The notes under the pieces are model-generated. The model worked only from the letters and a program-made list of their open reading frames with translations, was not told the DNA's origin and did not search any database. The position numbers and the translations under genes were made by a program. DNA of 64,000 nucleotides from a virus, in the IMG/VR virus record IMGVR_UViG_3300042691_028354, positions 22,493 through 86,492 of that record, one strand, 5' to 3'. Each line of letters starts with the position of its first letter. Position 1 is the stretch's first letter. Shown here in pieces: positions 28,320-37,941 of the stretch.

Positions 28320-31300
28320 GTGTCTGATGTCGTCATCAAGATTGAAGTCAATGACGCCGACGCGCAGGCAAAGCTCTCAAAGCTTGAAGCTCGCCTGCTT
28401 AGACTGAAGGCTGCGGGGGCCTCTACTGGGGACGCCTTTGATGGTCTCAGTGGTGACATTGACAACACCACGAACTCCTCGTCCAAGTTGAGTAAGTCTC
28501 TCAACGACAACGACAACCATCTCAGAAGACTGGCCAAGTCAACCGGTTACACCGAGAAGGAACTCAAGAGAATCGGCGGCCCATTCAAGATCTTCGGTCG
28601 GGTTCTCGGTGGAGTTGGCAAGTTTGCCAAGTACGCAGCAATCGAGTTCGGCGTGATGAGCATCGTTCTTGGGGGCCTGAAACTTGCCCTTATCGCCGGT
28701 GAGCTTGCAATCAAGGGCTGGAACATGGCCTTGCGCGCAAGTGCGGCCGGCGTGGGCGTTTTTATCGGTGGCGTCGCCACAGCGCTCGCTGCCATCAGGG
28801 AACTCAATAACGCTCGACTCACACCCTTCGCTCGGCAAGCAGGCCAGGTGGCGATGGATGGTCGCGTTGACCTTGTAGGTCCAGTTGGCGGGGTGATGGG
28901 AGACCGTCAGCTGGGCATGTTTGACGACAAGTCGCTCACCGGAGCGATCAGCGCTCAGTTGAGAGCCGGGCAGCAACTTGACGCTCAGTTCAGATCCACT
29001 CTTCAGGTCCTGGGCAACTTTGCCGTTGTGGCTGACGATCCGAACAAGGCCATCGCCGGACTCAGTGGTGCTTTCTCTAAGGCTCGGCAGGAAGGCAGTT
29101 TCACTGAGGACATCATCAAGAGCATCTCCGAGAGTTCGCCAGAACTGGCAAAGGCAATCACAGACTCTGGGATGGGGGTTGATGCCTTCACTCAAGCTCT
29201 TATTGACGGTCGGGTTGATGGACTTGAGGCCTTCACTGATGCCCTAGACGTAGTGAACAACACGCTGATGGGGAAGGCCAAGGGGGCCTTCCGTGCGCTC
29301 AAGGAGCAGCTCACCGAAGTCGGCCAACCACTGGTCGACGGCCTCAAGCCGGCCCTTACCGCAACCGAGCGACTCCTCTCCAACTTCTTATCATCGGTGA
29401 CTCCGGTTATTCAGGACGTACTTGGCCGACTCTTCCCGCAACTTGCTGGATCCGGTGATTCCATCCTCGGCAAGGCACTAGACAAACTCGCCGTCTCAAT
29501 CAATCAAAACCTCCCCAAACTGGAGGGGTTGATGGATCGCTTCAAGGGTGGTTGGAAGGCAGTCGAAGGATTCTTCTCCCGTCTTGCCGACGGCATGACG
29601 AACGCCAGTAGTGGCTTTGACACCCTCTACAACAACATTCTCAAGCCACTCGGTAGTGAAATCTGGAAGACCATCACTCACGCTGTCGAGGGATTCAACG
29701 ACGTCATCAACGATACGTCCGGGGTAAGTGGCAACTTTGCCGACCGGATCTCAAAGATCTTCGATGGTGTGCGCAGTCTGATCGACGGCTTCAACGAGTT
29801 CCGAAAAGCCATTGCCCCATTGGTCGACGCCCTCTTGTCGCTTATGGGGGTCCTCGGCAAACTTCTTGAACTACCTGGCATCGGACTCCTTGCTGCAATG
29901 TTCGGAACAAGCGCAATCATCGGCGGAAAGGCACGCAAAGCGAATACTCGCGGGACAACCGGCAGTGCGAACGCCATGAACAACGTCGCCGGCTTCCTCA
30001 GCATGGGCATGTATAACCCACTCGGTACGCAGCGCACCAAGAATGCCCCTCAGTTTGTACAGGACTACCGGACCCTCAGGGGCATGGGTGATGTCAGTCG
30101 TCGCGAAGCAGCCGGAGTCATCGCTGGTTACGCAGCTGATGGCGTAAAGGCATCGGTCGGTACGGCCGTCAAGGCTGCCGCTCCGACTCTGTTGGCATTG
30201 GGCGGCTCACTTGTGGGTGGAGCGATCCTGAACAACGCCAAACCAAGTGATGCAGGCAGTCAGGTATTCGGGCAGGCCCTCTCCATGGGTGGTCTTGGAG
30301 CGAGCGTCGGATTCATGGCTGGAGGACCTGTCGGTGCAGCCATCGGCGGCGGCATTGGCCTGGCTGTCGGTGGCGTGACTGGCCTCTTCTCCGCTCGGGC
30401 GGCCAGGGACAAGGAGCTCAAGGAGGCACGGGCAAGCGGCGAAGACATGTCCACTGCCGGCATGAACCCGAACCGCCTGTTTGGCTCTGGTGGTGTAGTT
30501 GCTCAAATGAACAAGAATCGCGAAACCATCGCGATGCTCAATCAGTTTGACACCTTCATGACGCAACGCAAGGACCTGTCTACCTCCATTGACAGCAAGC
30601 TGGACGCGTTCTACACGGCAAACAAGGTTTCAGTTGACCGAGCGGGCTTGATGAACGAGGAACTGACTCAGGCGGAAAAGGATGCCAGTGTCGTCGCTGC
30701 GAATCGCGGATTCATTACCGACCTGAAGAACCTTGACCCCACGGCTCGAGCCGAGGCCATCAAGCGACTGAAGGATCTCAGCACTTTGCCAACTGAGATC
30801 AAAGATGAACTTGAAAGGTTCGCTTCCGTAGACGCGAACGTCGGCGGCATTGCCGAAAAGTTCGGCAACAGTGCTGATGAGATCAAGAAGTTCGCTGAGG
30901 GACTGGAAGAAGGAAACCTCAAGTTGGCTAAGGGCAAAGGGGTCCTTGAGAACAACTACCGAACGCTTTCTAACGTCCTCAATCTGACACAGGACGAGGC
31001 CGCCAACTTCGCCGACAACCTGGGCATCAACATGCTTGAAAGGCTCATCACCTTTGAGGATGTTCTAACCGGTCTTGGCTACGCGTTTGATGAGACAGGG
31101 CAGATTCTTGACGATGCCGCAAACAGGTCAGTGGCATCCACTCGACTTCTCAGTGGCGTAATGAAGAGCATCAATAAGGAACTAGATACTCTTCAAAAAG
31201 AAGAGGCCGTCGTCACCAGTCGCACCCAGTTCTTTGGAACCGGAGGCACAGCAGCACAGGTCGCTCAGAATGGTGCCGACTATTTCCAAAGCGTTCTTCA

Positions 31301-32426
31301 GAACGCAACTCAGCAATACATAGACAGCGCCCTTCAGGCAGAGAACGACCCAGCCGCAGTCAAGATGACATTCGAGCAGATGACGCAATCTGTCCTTGAT
31401 CGCCTTGATGCCGACTTCGCGGCCGCCGGCAATGTCAGTGGCGCTGTTGCTGACCGCTTCCGTGCGAACCGAGCCACTGTTGGCGCCGAGTTGGAAAAGG
31501 CGAAAACGCAGTTCGGTCCTCGGATCCAGTACGACTCAGCATTTGCCAAAGATGCTCAGAGCATCCTCAACGCACAGATCGGTGGAGTGCTCACCAAATC
31601 CGGCGGCTTCCAAACTGCCGACGAGTTAGACGCCGCTGGGACAAGTGCCGCACTAGCAATGCGCGACGAGTTGAAAAAGAAGTACCCAAGCATGCAGTTT
31701 GATGAGGCAAACCTGAATGCGATGAAGCGGTTTGTACTTGCGGGTCTGCAAGATGGCACGCCGGCAATGACCAATGCGATGATTACTGGCGCCGACTATT
31801 TGGTTCAAAAACTTGCGACCACTCCGATCACGGTCATCACAAGGACAAGTGATCCGTTTGCCGCCAATCGTAAGGATCCCCTGACGGGAGAAATCCTTAG
31901 CGATGACGAGATCGCTAGACGTGCCGCCGCCGCTGCTGGCGGCAACGTCGCGCCCAAAAAAGACACCTCCACTCCCCGATACGGCAAGGTAGGAGACACC
32001 GCTTCAAGTCAGTTTGAGCGCACCCTCGGCAAGCACATGGCCTTCAACTCCGGCCTGGCCGGGAGTCGCACGATCACCTCGGGCCTGCGCAACTGGGGCC
32101 TTGGTTCACCGTCGTCGGATCACCGCTTCGGAAACGCCTACGACCTCACCGGCGACAACCTCGGCGCCTATGCAGAGTCGGTAAATGGATCAGGCGGCTT
32201 CGCTGAGTTCCACGGAGCAGCAGGTACTCGACACCTTCACGTTGTGCCGCCAGCCGGCGATACGGCAACCGCCATGGCTGGAGCCATGAGTGGGATGGTG
32301 AGTGGCGGATCCAACACCTACAACATCAGTGTTGTCGGAGGACCCGGCACCGACGAGGCCGAACTTGCCCGTCGTGTCATGGCCGAGATCGAGCGACGCG
32401 AACGTGATCGACAGGAGCGCCGCTGA
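28320..32426 (+). CDS. Tape measure protein with C-terminal M15-like peptidase domain
   Basis: 1368 aa, Ala/Gly-rich helical; SDHRFGNAYD...HLHV near C-terminus; GGAGG RBS. Confidence 0.92.
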   Translation: MSDVVIKIEVNDADAQAKLSKLEARLLRLKAAGASTGDAFDGLSGDIDNTTNSSSKLSKSLNDNDNHLRRLAKSTGYTEKELKRIGGPFKIFGRVLGGVGKFAKYAAIEFGVMSIVLGGLKLALIAGELAIKGWNMALRASAAGVGVFIGGVATALAAIRELNNARLTPFARQAGQVAMDGRVDLVGPVGGVMGDRQLGMFDDKSLTGAISAQLRAGQQLDAQFRSTLQVLGNFAVVADDPNKAIAGLSGAFSKARQEGSFTEDIIKSISESSPELAKAITDSGMGVDAFTQALIDGRVDGLEAFTDALDVVNNTLMGKAKGAFRALKEQLTEVGQPLVDGLKPALTATERLLSNFLSSVTPVIQDVLGRLFPQLAGSGDSILGKALDKLAVSINQNLPKLEGLMDRFKGGWKAVEGFFSRLADGMTNASSGFDTLYNNILKPLGSEIWKTITHAVEGFNDVINDTSGVSGNFADRISKIFDGVRSLIDGFNEFRKAIAPLVDALLSLMGVLGKLLELPGIGLLAAMFGTSAIIGGKARKANTRGTTGSANAMNNVAGFLSMGMYNPLGTQRTKNAPQFVQDYRTLRGMGDVSRREAAGVIAGYAADGVKASVGTAVKAAAPTLLALGGSLVGGAILNNAKPSDAGSQVFGQALSMGGLGASVGFMAGGPVGAAIGGGIGLAVGGVTGLFSARAARDKELKEARASGEDMSTAGMNPNRLFGSGGVVAQMNKNRETIAMLNQFDTFMTQRKDLSTSIDSKLDAFYTANKVSVDRAGLMNEELTQAEKDASVVAANRGFITDLKNLDPTARAEAIKRLKDLSTLPTEIKDELERFASVDANVGGIAEKFGNSADEIKKFAEGLEEGNLKLAKGKGVLENNYRTLSNVLNLTQDEAANFADNLGINMLERLITFEDVLTGLGYAFDETGQILDDAANRSVASTRLLSGVMKSINKELDTLQKEEAVVTSRTQFFGTGGTAAQVAQNGADYFQSVLQNATQQYIDSALQAENDPAAVKMTFEQMTQSVLDRLDADFAAAGNVSGAVADRFRANRATVGAELEKAKTQFGPRIQYDSAFAKDAQSILNAQIGGVLTKSGGFQTADELDAAGTSAALAMRDELKKKYPSMQFDEANLNAMKRFVLAGLQDGTPAMTNAMITGADYLVQKLATTPITVITRTSDPFAANRKDPLTGEILSDDEIARRAAAAAGGNVAPKKDTSTPRYGKVGDTASSQFERTLGKHMAFNSGLAGSRTITSGLRNWGLGSPSSDHRFGNAYDLTGDNLGAYAESVNGSGGFAEFHGAAGTRHLHVVPPAGDTATAMAGAMSGMVSGGSNTYNISVVGGPGTDEAELARRVMAEIERRERDRQERR

Positions 32427-33139
32427 TGGCCATCTCTCAGATCTTCACTGGGGAGTTCAACTACACGGACTCACCCGATCGAATCCTGCGCTCACTCAAC
32501 GGCGAGCAGTTTGCTCCCGGCGCTCTCTCTACCGCCGATGCCAACGTGCGACAGGTAACGATCCGCACCGTGCAGTCAATCAACTTCTTCGGCTCAACCC
32601 TTGTTCCATCGGTCACTTTCCCCCTTGCGCCGAACGATGTTTCGTTCTCCGACTTGGCGGACCGCTATGAAGAAATCGAACGTCCAGGGCGCGATCCACT
32701 GGTCTACAAGTCCGGTGCCCGCAACCCCAAGATGGAACTCCGACTTCTACTCACGGCCAATGACAACCGAGGCTCGGCGTCCATGGAGTTTGGACTTGTG
32801 TGGCTTCGATTGGTTGCTCGAGTTGACATCGACGTGATTCTGATCGGCATGGGACTGATGTCATCGTCGGCCCGATACCGGGTGACGGAACTCAGTGCTT
32901 CTGCGGTTCGACTCAATCCGAATCAGGAAATCACCGCCGCTGAAGTCAGTCTTTCGCTTGTTGAAGTACCCCAAGTGGTTCAGAGTCGAGCAACAGTGCC
33001 TGGAGCAACTGCCATCAAGGATGTTCCTGCGCCTGCTGGCGGCTTCCTGTCCGCTCAGGGTCGAACCGAGGCCGTACCTACCTACAGTCGCACTTCAAAC
33101 GCCGTCACGACGTGGAGCGCCCTTCGGGAGCTCGGGTAA
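32426..33139 (+). CDS. Baseplate tube-initiator (gpU-like) protein
   Basis: Follows TMP; FPLAP..V, EIERPGRDPL, EVSLSLVE. Confidence 0.65.
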   Translation: MAISQIFTGEFNYTDSPDRILRSLNGEQFAPGALSTADANVRQVTIRTVQSINFFGSTLVPSVTFPLAPNDVSFSDLADRYEEIERPGRDPLVYKSGARNPKMELRLLLTANDNRGSASMEFGLVWLRLVARVDIDVILIGMGLMSSSARYRVTELSASAVRLNPNQEITAAEVSLSLVEVPQVVQSRATVPGATAIKDVPAPAGGFLSAQGRTEAVPTYSRTSNAVTTWSALRELG

Positions 33140-34362
33140 TGGCTAGTGCGCAGACGATCGGAAATGTGATCGTTGAGACACCACAAGGTCTTGTCGACGT
33201 TGGCGAGTACTGCGCCGAAGGCGAGCTTGAGTGGTCAATGGACTCCGTGTCTCAGGTGACATTCAAGATCATTGATCGCGATCTCAAGATGCTGTCAAAG
33301 GGCTTCTTTACTCTTCGACAACTCGTCTACTTCGCGATCTCGGCCTGGGAGATCTCTGGGGTAGAGATCGGATCTCAAAATGGGATTGAGGCAGTCACGA
33401 TTCAGTGTCGATCCCACAATGCGCAGCGATTGAAGTATGAGAAGGGAAATGCTCTCTTCACTGGTGGCAACGCCAGCTCATACGCCGCATCAAAGGCGCG
33501 CCAGTATGGAATGAGGCCTTTCGTTGAGAACAGCCCTCCGAAGGAGAACATCACCCAAAGTTCCAACCCCTTCTTCGAGGAATCCGTATGGGACGTTCTG
33601 CGGAAGAACGCAGGCGAGGACGACTACGTCCTCTTTGAGACCAACAACACCCTCTTCTACTGTTCCGAGCAGTTTCTTCTCGGGAAGTTTGCGGTAGTCG
33701 ATTACTCGATGTTTGGCCCTGGGCAGTTTTTGTTCACGCCAATAAAGTGGCGACCAAACCCCGCTTGGGCTCCGCAGTATCAGAAGATCGCATCGCCTCA
33801 AGGACGTCCAGCGGTTTCGTTCGGAGCAAAGAGCAACGCATGGGTGGCTTATGCCCAAAGGGTCCTTATCGAGCGGGCCGGCAAGTTGATCTATGACCCA
33901 CCCGGTGACTACGGACTCAGCACCCGTCAAGCGGTTGCCGACATCCAGTCCTTCTTCCGCACCGGAGGCGATTGGAACGTCATTGACTGGCGCACTTGGG
34001 GTGTTATTGACTTCTTCGCCAACTTCTATGAGCTCTTTCCTGACCGGTATGCAATGACATCCATTGACATCCCCAACGCACGCAAGAGTGAAGACGCCAA
34101 ATGGTCTGCAACACTGGACCTTGAGTTGCCCTACACCGAGGGTTTCTATCTTCGTCCCGGCATGACACTGAGACTTGACGAAGTCCCCGAGTTCACCTGG
34201 TACTACTTGGTTCGATCGGTCAACGTCCGATTGGGGACCAACGAACCGGTGAGAATCTCGGCCTCAACCCCGAACTTGCCTCGAGACGATCTCCTCAAGG
34301 CCCTTGATCGTCTAGGTCGCATCAGCGCTTCGGGTGGCGGCTTCGCTACAGTTGCGGGTTAG
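33139..34362 (+). CDS. Baseplate hub protein with inserted peptidoglycan-binding-like domain
   Basis: ESVWDVLRK, LRPGMTL..YLVRSV; insert VAYAQRVL...GDYGLSTRQAVADIQ...IDWRTW; ATG 33139 overlaps TAA. Confidence 0.7.
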   Translation: MASAQTIGNVIVETPQGLVDVGEYCAEGELEWSMDSVSQVTFKIIDRDLKMLSKGFFTLRQLVYFAISAWEISGVEIGSQNGIEAVTIQCRSHNAQRLKYEKGNALFTGGNASSYAASKARQYGMRPFVENSPPKENITQSSNPFFEESVWDVLRKNAGEDDYVLFETNNTLFYCSEQFLLGKFAVVDYSMFGPGQFLFTPIKWRPNPAWAPQYQKIASPQGRPAVSFGAKSNAWVAYAQRVLIERAGKLIYDPPGDYGLSTRQAVADIQSFFRTGGDWNVIDWRTWGVIDFFANFYELFPDRYAMTSIDIPNARKSEDAKWSATLDLELPYTEGFYLRPGMTLRLDEVPEFTWYYLVRSVNVRLGTNEPVRISASTPNLPRDDLLKALDRLGRISASGGGFATVAG

Positions 34363-34367
34363 TTCCT

Positions 34368-37300
34368 ATGCCCATCAACCCGACTAGATCAGTCTCTACA
34401 GCATCTACACCAACCGGGATCTACCTCGGTCAGATTGTCGCGATCAGTAACGAGATCGGCCGGCTTGACGTCATGGTCAGACGACTGGCTGGCGATGCCG
34501 TGTTCCGAGGGGTTGATTACGTCGACTCTGGGTTCACCACAGCCCCCAAGGTGGGCGAGTTTGTCGCTGTCAGTTTCGTCGAAGGTCGCACCGAGAAGAT
34601 CATCGTGCTCGGCCGGCTCCGGTCCGCGGTTGGTGATCCCGAAGTTGATCAAACCGGAGCCGAAGAAGGATCCATCCTGCTCCACGATGGAGCTCGCTGG
34701 TCCGTCGGTGAGGTAATCGGCACCGTCGGCAAGGTGGATGTCACTGTCGATGACGGCCAAATCGTCCTGACCCTGCCCCCCAACGTGAGCATCACCGGAG
34801 ACCTTTTCGTCTCGGGAGATCTCACAGTCACCGGAACCACTACGACCGTTGATGCCGTCACGGTGGACGATCCCATCATCACCATTGGGGGCGAGTCTCC
34901 ACTTGCTAGCGATGACAACCTTGATCGAGGCGTGCAGTTCTCTTGGCATACCGGCTCTGCTGCCCGTAGTGGGTTCTTCGGCTTCGATGACTCGAGTGGA
35001 AAGTTCACCTTCATCCCGAACGCCACCATCACTGGCAACGTCGTGTCGGGTACCAAGGGCACACTTGACGCCAACATTGAGTGGACTGACGTACTCAACA
35101 AACCGGACCCCGTCGTCACGGTAACCCTCACCGGCGACGTCACTGGGACCGCCAACACGACACTCACCGATCTGGCAAGCGGGACAGTCTCAGTGTCCAC
35201 CACGATCGCAGCCAACTCCGTAGCCCTCGGAACGGATACCACCGGCAACTACGTAGCGTCGCTCGTAGCCGGAACAAACGTCACTTTGGCAAACAACTCC
35301 GGCGAAGGGGCCACTCCCTCAATCACGGTCAGTGGCACCCTCACCGACATCAACTCGATCTCGTCACCTGACTTCATCCAGTTTGACACCACGGCGACCG
35401 AGGCATCCACTGTTGGCAAACTCACTTGGAACGACACCGACGGAACACTTGACCTGGGCTTGAAGGGTGGAGTCAGCGTCCTCCAACTCGGTCAGGAGTC
35501 CCTTGTCCGTGTTCTGAACAACACTGGGTCAACATTGGCCAATGGTCAGGTCGTGCGCGTTGCTGGCTCACAGGGTCAGCGTCTGACCGTCGCTCTCGCA
35601 ACGGCAGCGAGTGAAGCTGGGTCATCCAAGACCCTTGGTGTTGTCACGGAAACGATCGCGGACGGACACTCCGGCTTCGTGACCACCGAAGGCTTGGTCA
35701 GGGGCCTGAACACAAGTGCCCTCACCGAAGGTTCGCTGATCTGGCTGAGTACCACGGCTGGAGGAATGACGACGACCCGACCGACGGCACCCAATCACGG
35801 GGTCCTAGTCGGACTCTGCACACATCAAAGCAGTGGTACCTCTGGGTCAATCTTCGTAAAGGTTCAGAATGGGTTTGAACTTGAGGAGCTCCACGATGTC
35901 TCTCTAACTTCTCCCAGCTCCGGCCAGTTCCTGAAGTACAACGGATCACTTTGGGTCAATGACGCGATCGACCTTGCCACCGACACGGTGGGGGACTACA
36001 TCGCCTCCATCACCGGTACTTCTAATCAAGTCACCGTTACGGGGTCTGGAGGGGAATCGGCTGCGGTCACTTTGTCCCTCCCACAAAGCATTGCAACCAC
36101 GTCATCACCAACCTTTGCCGCCGTCACCACGACGGGAGTGGCTTCGGTCGGGGGGGACCTTGGCGTCACCGGCAACATCACCGTCACGGGCAACCTAACT
36201 GTCAACGGAACGACCACGACAGTCAACTCTACGACGGTCACCATTGACGACCCGATCCTTACCCTCGGCGGGGACACCGCCCCGACTGTCGATGACAACA
36301 AAGATCGCGGCATCGAGTTCCGGTACTACGACACTGCTGCCCGGATCGGGTTCTTCGGGTACGACGACTCGAGTGGCAAGTTCGCTTTCCTGCTCAATGC
36401 GACCAACACCTCCGAGGTCTTCTCGGGAACCAAGGCCGAGATTGACGCAACCGTCGACTGGTCCAACATCGCCTCCAAGCCTGATCCGGTGATAACGGTG
36501 ACACTCACCGGGGACGTCACGGGTACAGCGAATGCGACTCTCACCGATCTTGCCAGTGGGACGGTCTCGGTGGCAACGACGATCACTGGCAACTCTGTGA
36601 CCCTCGGGACCGACACGATTGGTGACTATGTAGCGACGCTCAGTGCCGGCACCGGCGTCTCGGTCAGTGGGTCAGGCACCGAGGGTCGAGCGGCGACTGT
36701 TGCGATTGGTCAGGATGTTGGAACGTCAGCGACACCCACGTTTGGTCGTCTCACACTGAGCCAAGCAACGGGTACCGCCCCGATGACGGTGAGCTCGACC
36801 ACCGCAGTCACGAATCTCAACGCCGACCTTCTTGACGGCCAGCACGGATCTTGGTGGGTTCCAACCGGAGCCATCATGCAATACGCCATGTCCACGGCCC
36901 CGGCAGGCTGGCTGCTTTGCGACGGTTCGCCAAAGCTCAAGGCTGACTATCCAGATCTGTGGGCATTGCTCGGAAACACTTACGGCACATCAAACACCAC
37001 TCAGTTCTACCTCCCTGACCTTCGAGGCCGAGTCGCCGTTGGCCTTGACAACATGGGCGGTACTGATGCCGATCGACTCGGTGTCACCAATGTCCTGGGT
37101 GGGTCTGGGGGAGTCCAAACGGTCACACTTGCCGACACACAGATCCCCACCCATACCCACAGCAACGCCCTGGGTGGTACCACGACGTTCGCCACCAGCG
37201 GCCACAGTCACTACGAAGGAAACCTTCGAGCCGCCATCGGTGCTGCCAATGGTGATGCGGTGACCATAGCGTATGTCGCTGAATCAACCTCAGTGGTCGC

Positions 37301-37538
37301 ATCAGGGCGCGGCCCGTCTTCAGTAAGCTCCTACATCGTTTCTGGGGCATCGTTCTACAACGGAGCGTTTGGTCCTCTAGCGTTCAACCATCACACACGC
37401 GTCTACGGGCAAACTGACTCGGTTGTATCTGGGGGTACTGCCACGGTGACCTTGACTAATGGCGGTACGACCGGCGGGGGAGGCTCTCATGACAACATGC
37501 AGCCCTACCTGCTGACCTGCTACATCATCAAGACCTAG
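34368..37538 (+). CDS. Baseplate spike (gpV/gp5-like OB fold) fused to a long fibre with tail-collar domain
   Basis: N-term GIYLGQIV...PKVGEFVAVSFVEGR...IVLG; Thr/Gly repeats; C-term PTGAIMQY...GWLLCDG...YG...FYLPDLRGR...HDNMQPY. Confidence 0.8.
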   Translation: MPINPTRSVSTASTPTGIYLGQIVAISNEIGRLDVMVRRLAGDAVFRGVDYVDSGFTTAPKVGEFVAVSFVEGRTEKIIVLGRLRSAVGDPEVDQTGAEEGSILLHDGARWSVGEVIGTVGKVDVTVDDGQIVLTLPPNVSITGDLFVSGDLTVTGTTTTVDAVTVDDPIITIGGESPLASDDNLDRGVQFSWHTGSAARSGFFGFDDSSGKFTFIPNATITGNVVSGTKGTLDANIEWTDVLNKPDPVVTVTLTGDVTGTANTTLTDLASGTVSVSTTIAANSVALGTDTTGNYVASLVAGTNVTLANNSGEGATPSITVSGTLTDINSISSPDFIQFDTTATEASTVGKLTWNDTDGTLDLGLKGGVSVLQLGQESLVRVLNNTGSTLANGQVVRVAGSQGQRLTVALATAASEAGSSKTLGVVTETIADGHSGFVTTEGLVRGLNTSALTEGSLIWLSTTAGGMTTTRPTAPNHGVLVGLCTHQSSGTSGSIFVKVQNGFELEELHDVSLTSPSSGQFLKYNGSLWVNDAIDLATDTVGDYIASITGTSNQVTVTGSGGESAAVTLSLPQSIATTSSPTFAAVTTTGVASVGGDLGVTGNITVTGNLTVNGTTTTVNSTTVTIDDPILTLGGDTAPTVDDNKDRGIEFRYYDTAARIGFFGYDDSSGKFAFLLNATNTSEVFSGTKAEIDATVDWSNIASKPDPVITVTLTGDVTGTANATLTDLASGTVSVATTITGNSVTLGTDTIGDYVATLSAGTGVSVSGSGTEGRAATVAIGQDVGTSATPTFGRLTLSQATGTAPMTVSSTTAVTNLNADLLDGQHGSWWVPTGAIMQYAMSTAPAGWLLCDGSPKLKADYPDLWALLGNTYGTSNTTQFYLPDLRGRVAVGLDNMGGTDADRLGVTNVLGGSGGVQTVTLADTQIPTHTHSNALGGTTTFATSGHSHYEGNLRAAIGAANGDAVTIAYVAESTSVVASGRGPSSVSSYIVSGASFYNGAFGPLAFNHHTRVYGQTDSVVSGGTATVTLTNGGTTGGGGSHDNMQPYLLTCYIIKT

Positions 37539-37629
37539 GCCCATTCCTGAGTCACCTGAATACAGTAGTAGTACATGGCAACCCGCTGATCTGTGCTAGA
37601 TGGGTGTTGCTTCGTGGAAGAATGGGCCT

Positions 37630-37941
37630 GTGGACGTACTAGCTTTCCCTTTCCGTTTCAATACGGATGGCACTCCCGTCAAGGTAGTTCAGGACTCTGA
37701 GGCGCATCATGCCCAGCAGTTGGCCGCGCTTGTTCGCACTATGCCGGGAGAACTTCCACTGGCTCCTCAGTACGGCGTTCCTGATCCAACCTTTGACGGT
37801 CTTGATCCTGGCGCAATCGCGGCAGCAGCAGCGCTATTTCATCCGACGATCGTTATCAACGACATAGCAATCTACGCCACTCGAACCGGCCGCATAGCGG
37901 TTCAAGTTGACTTCGGTACCCAAGGCTCGGTGACCCAATGA
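37630..37941 (+). CDS. Baseplate wedge gp25/gpW-like
   Basis: LAFPFRF...TMPGELPLAPQYG; start GTG 37630 or ATG 37600. Confidence 0.85.
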   Translation: MDVLAFPFRFNTDGTPVKVVQDSEAHHAQQLAALVRTMPGELPLAPQYGVPDPTFDGLDPGAIAAAAALFHPTIVINDIAIYATRTGRIAVQVDFGTQGSVTQ

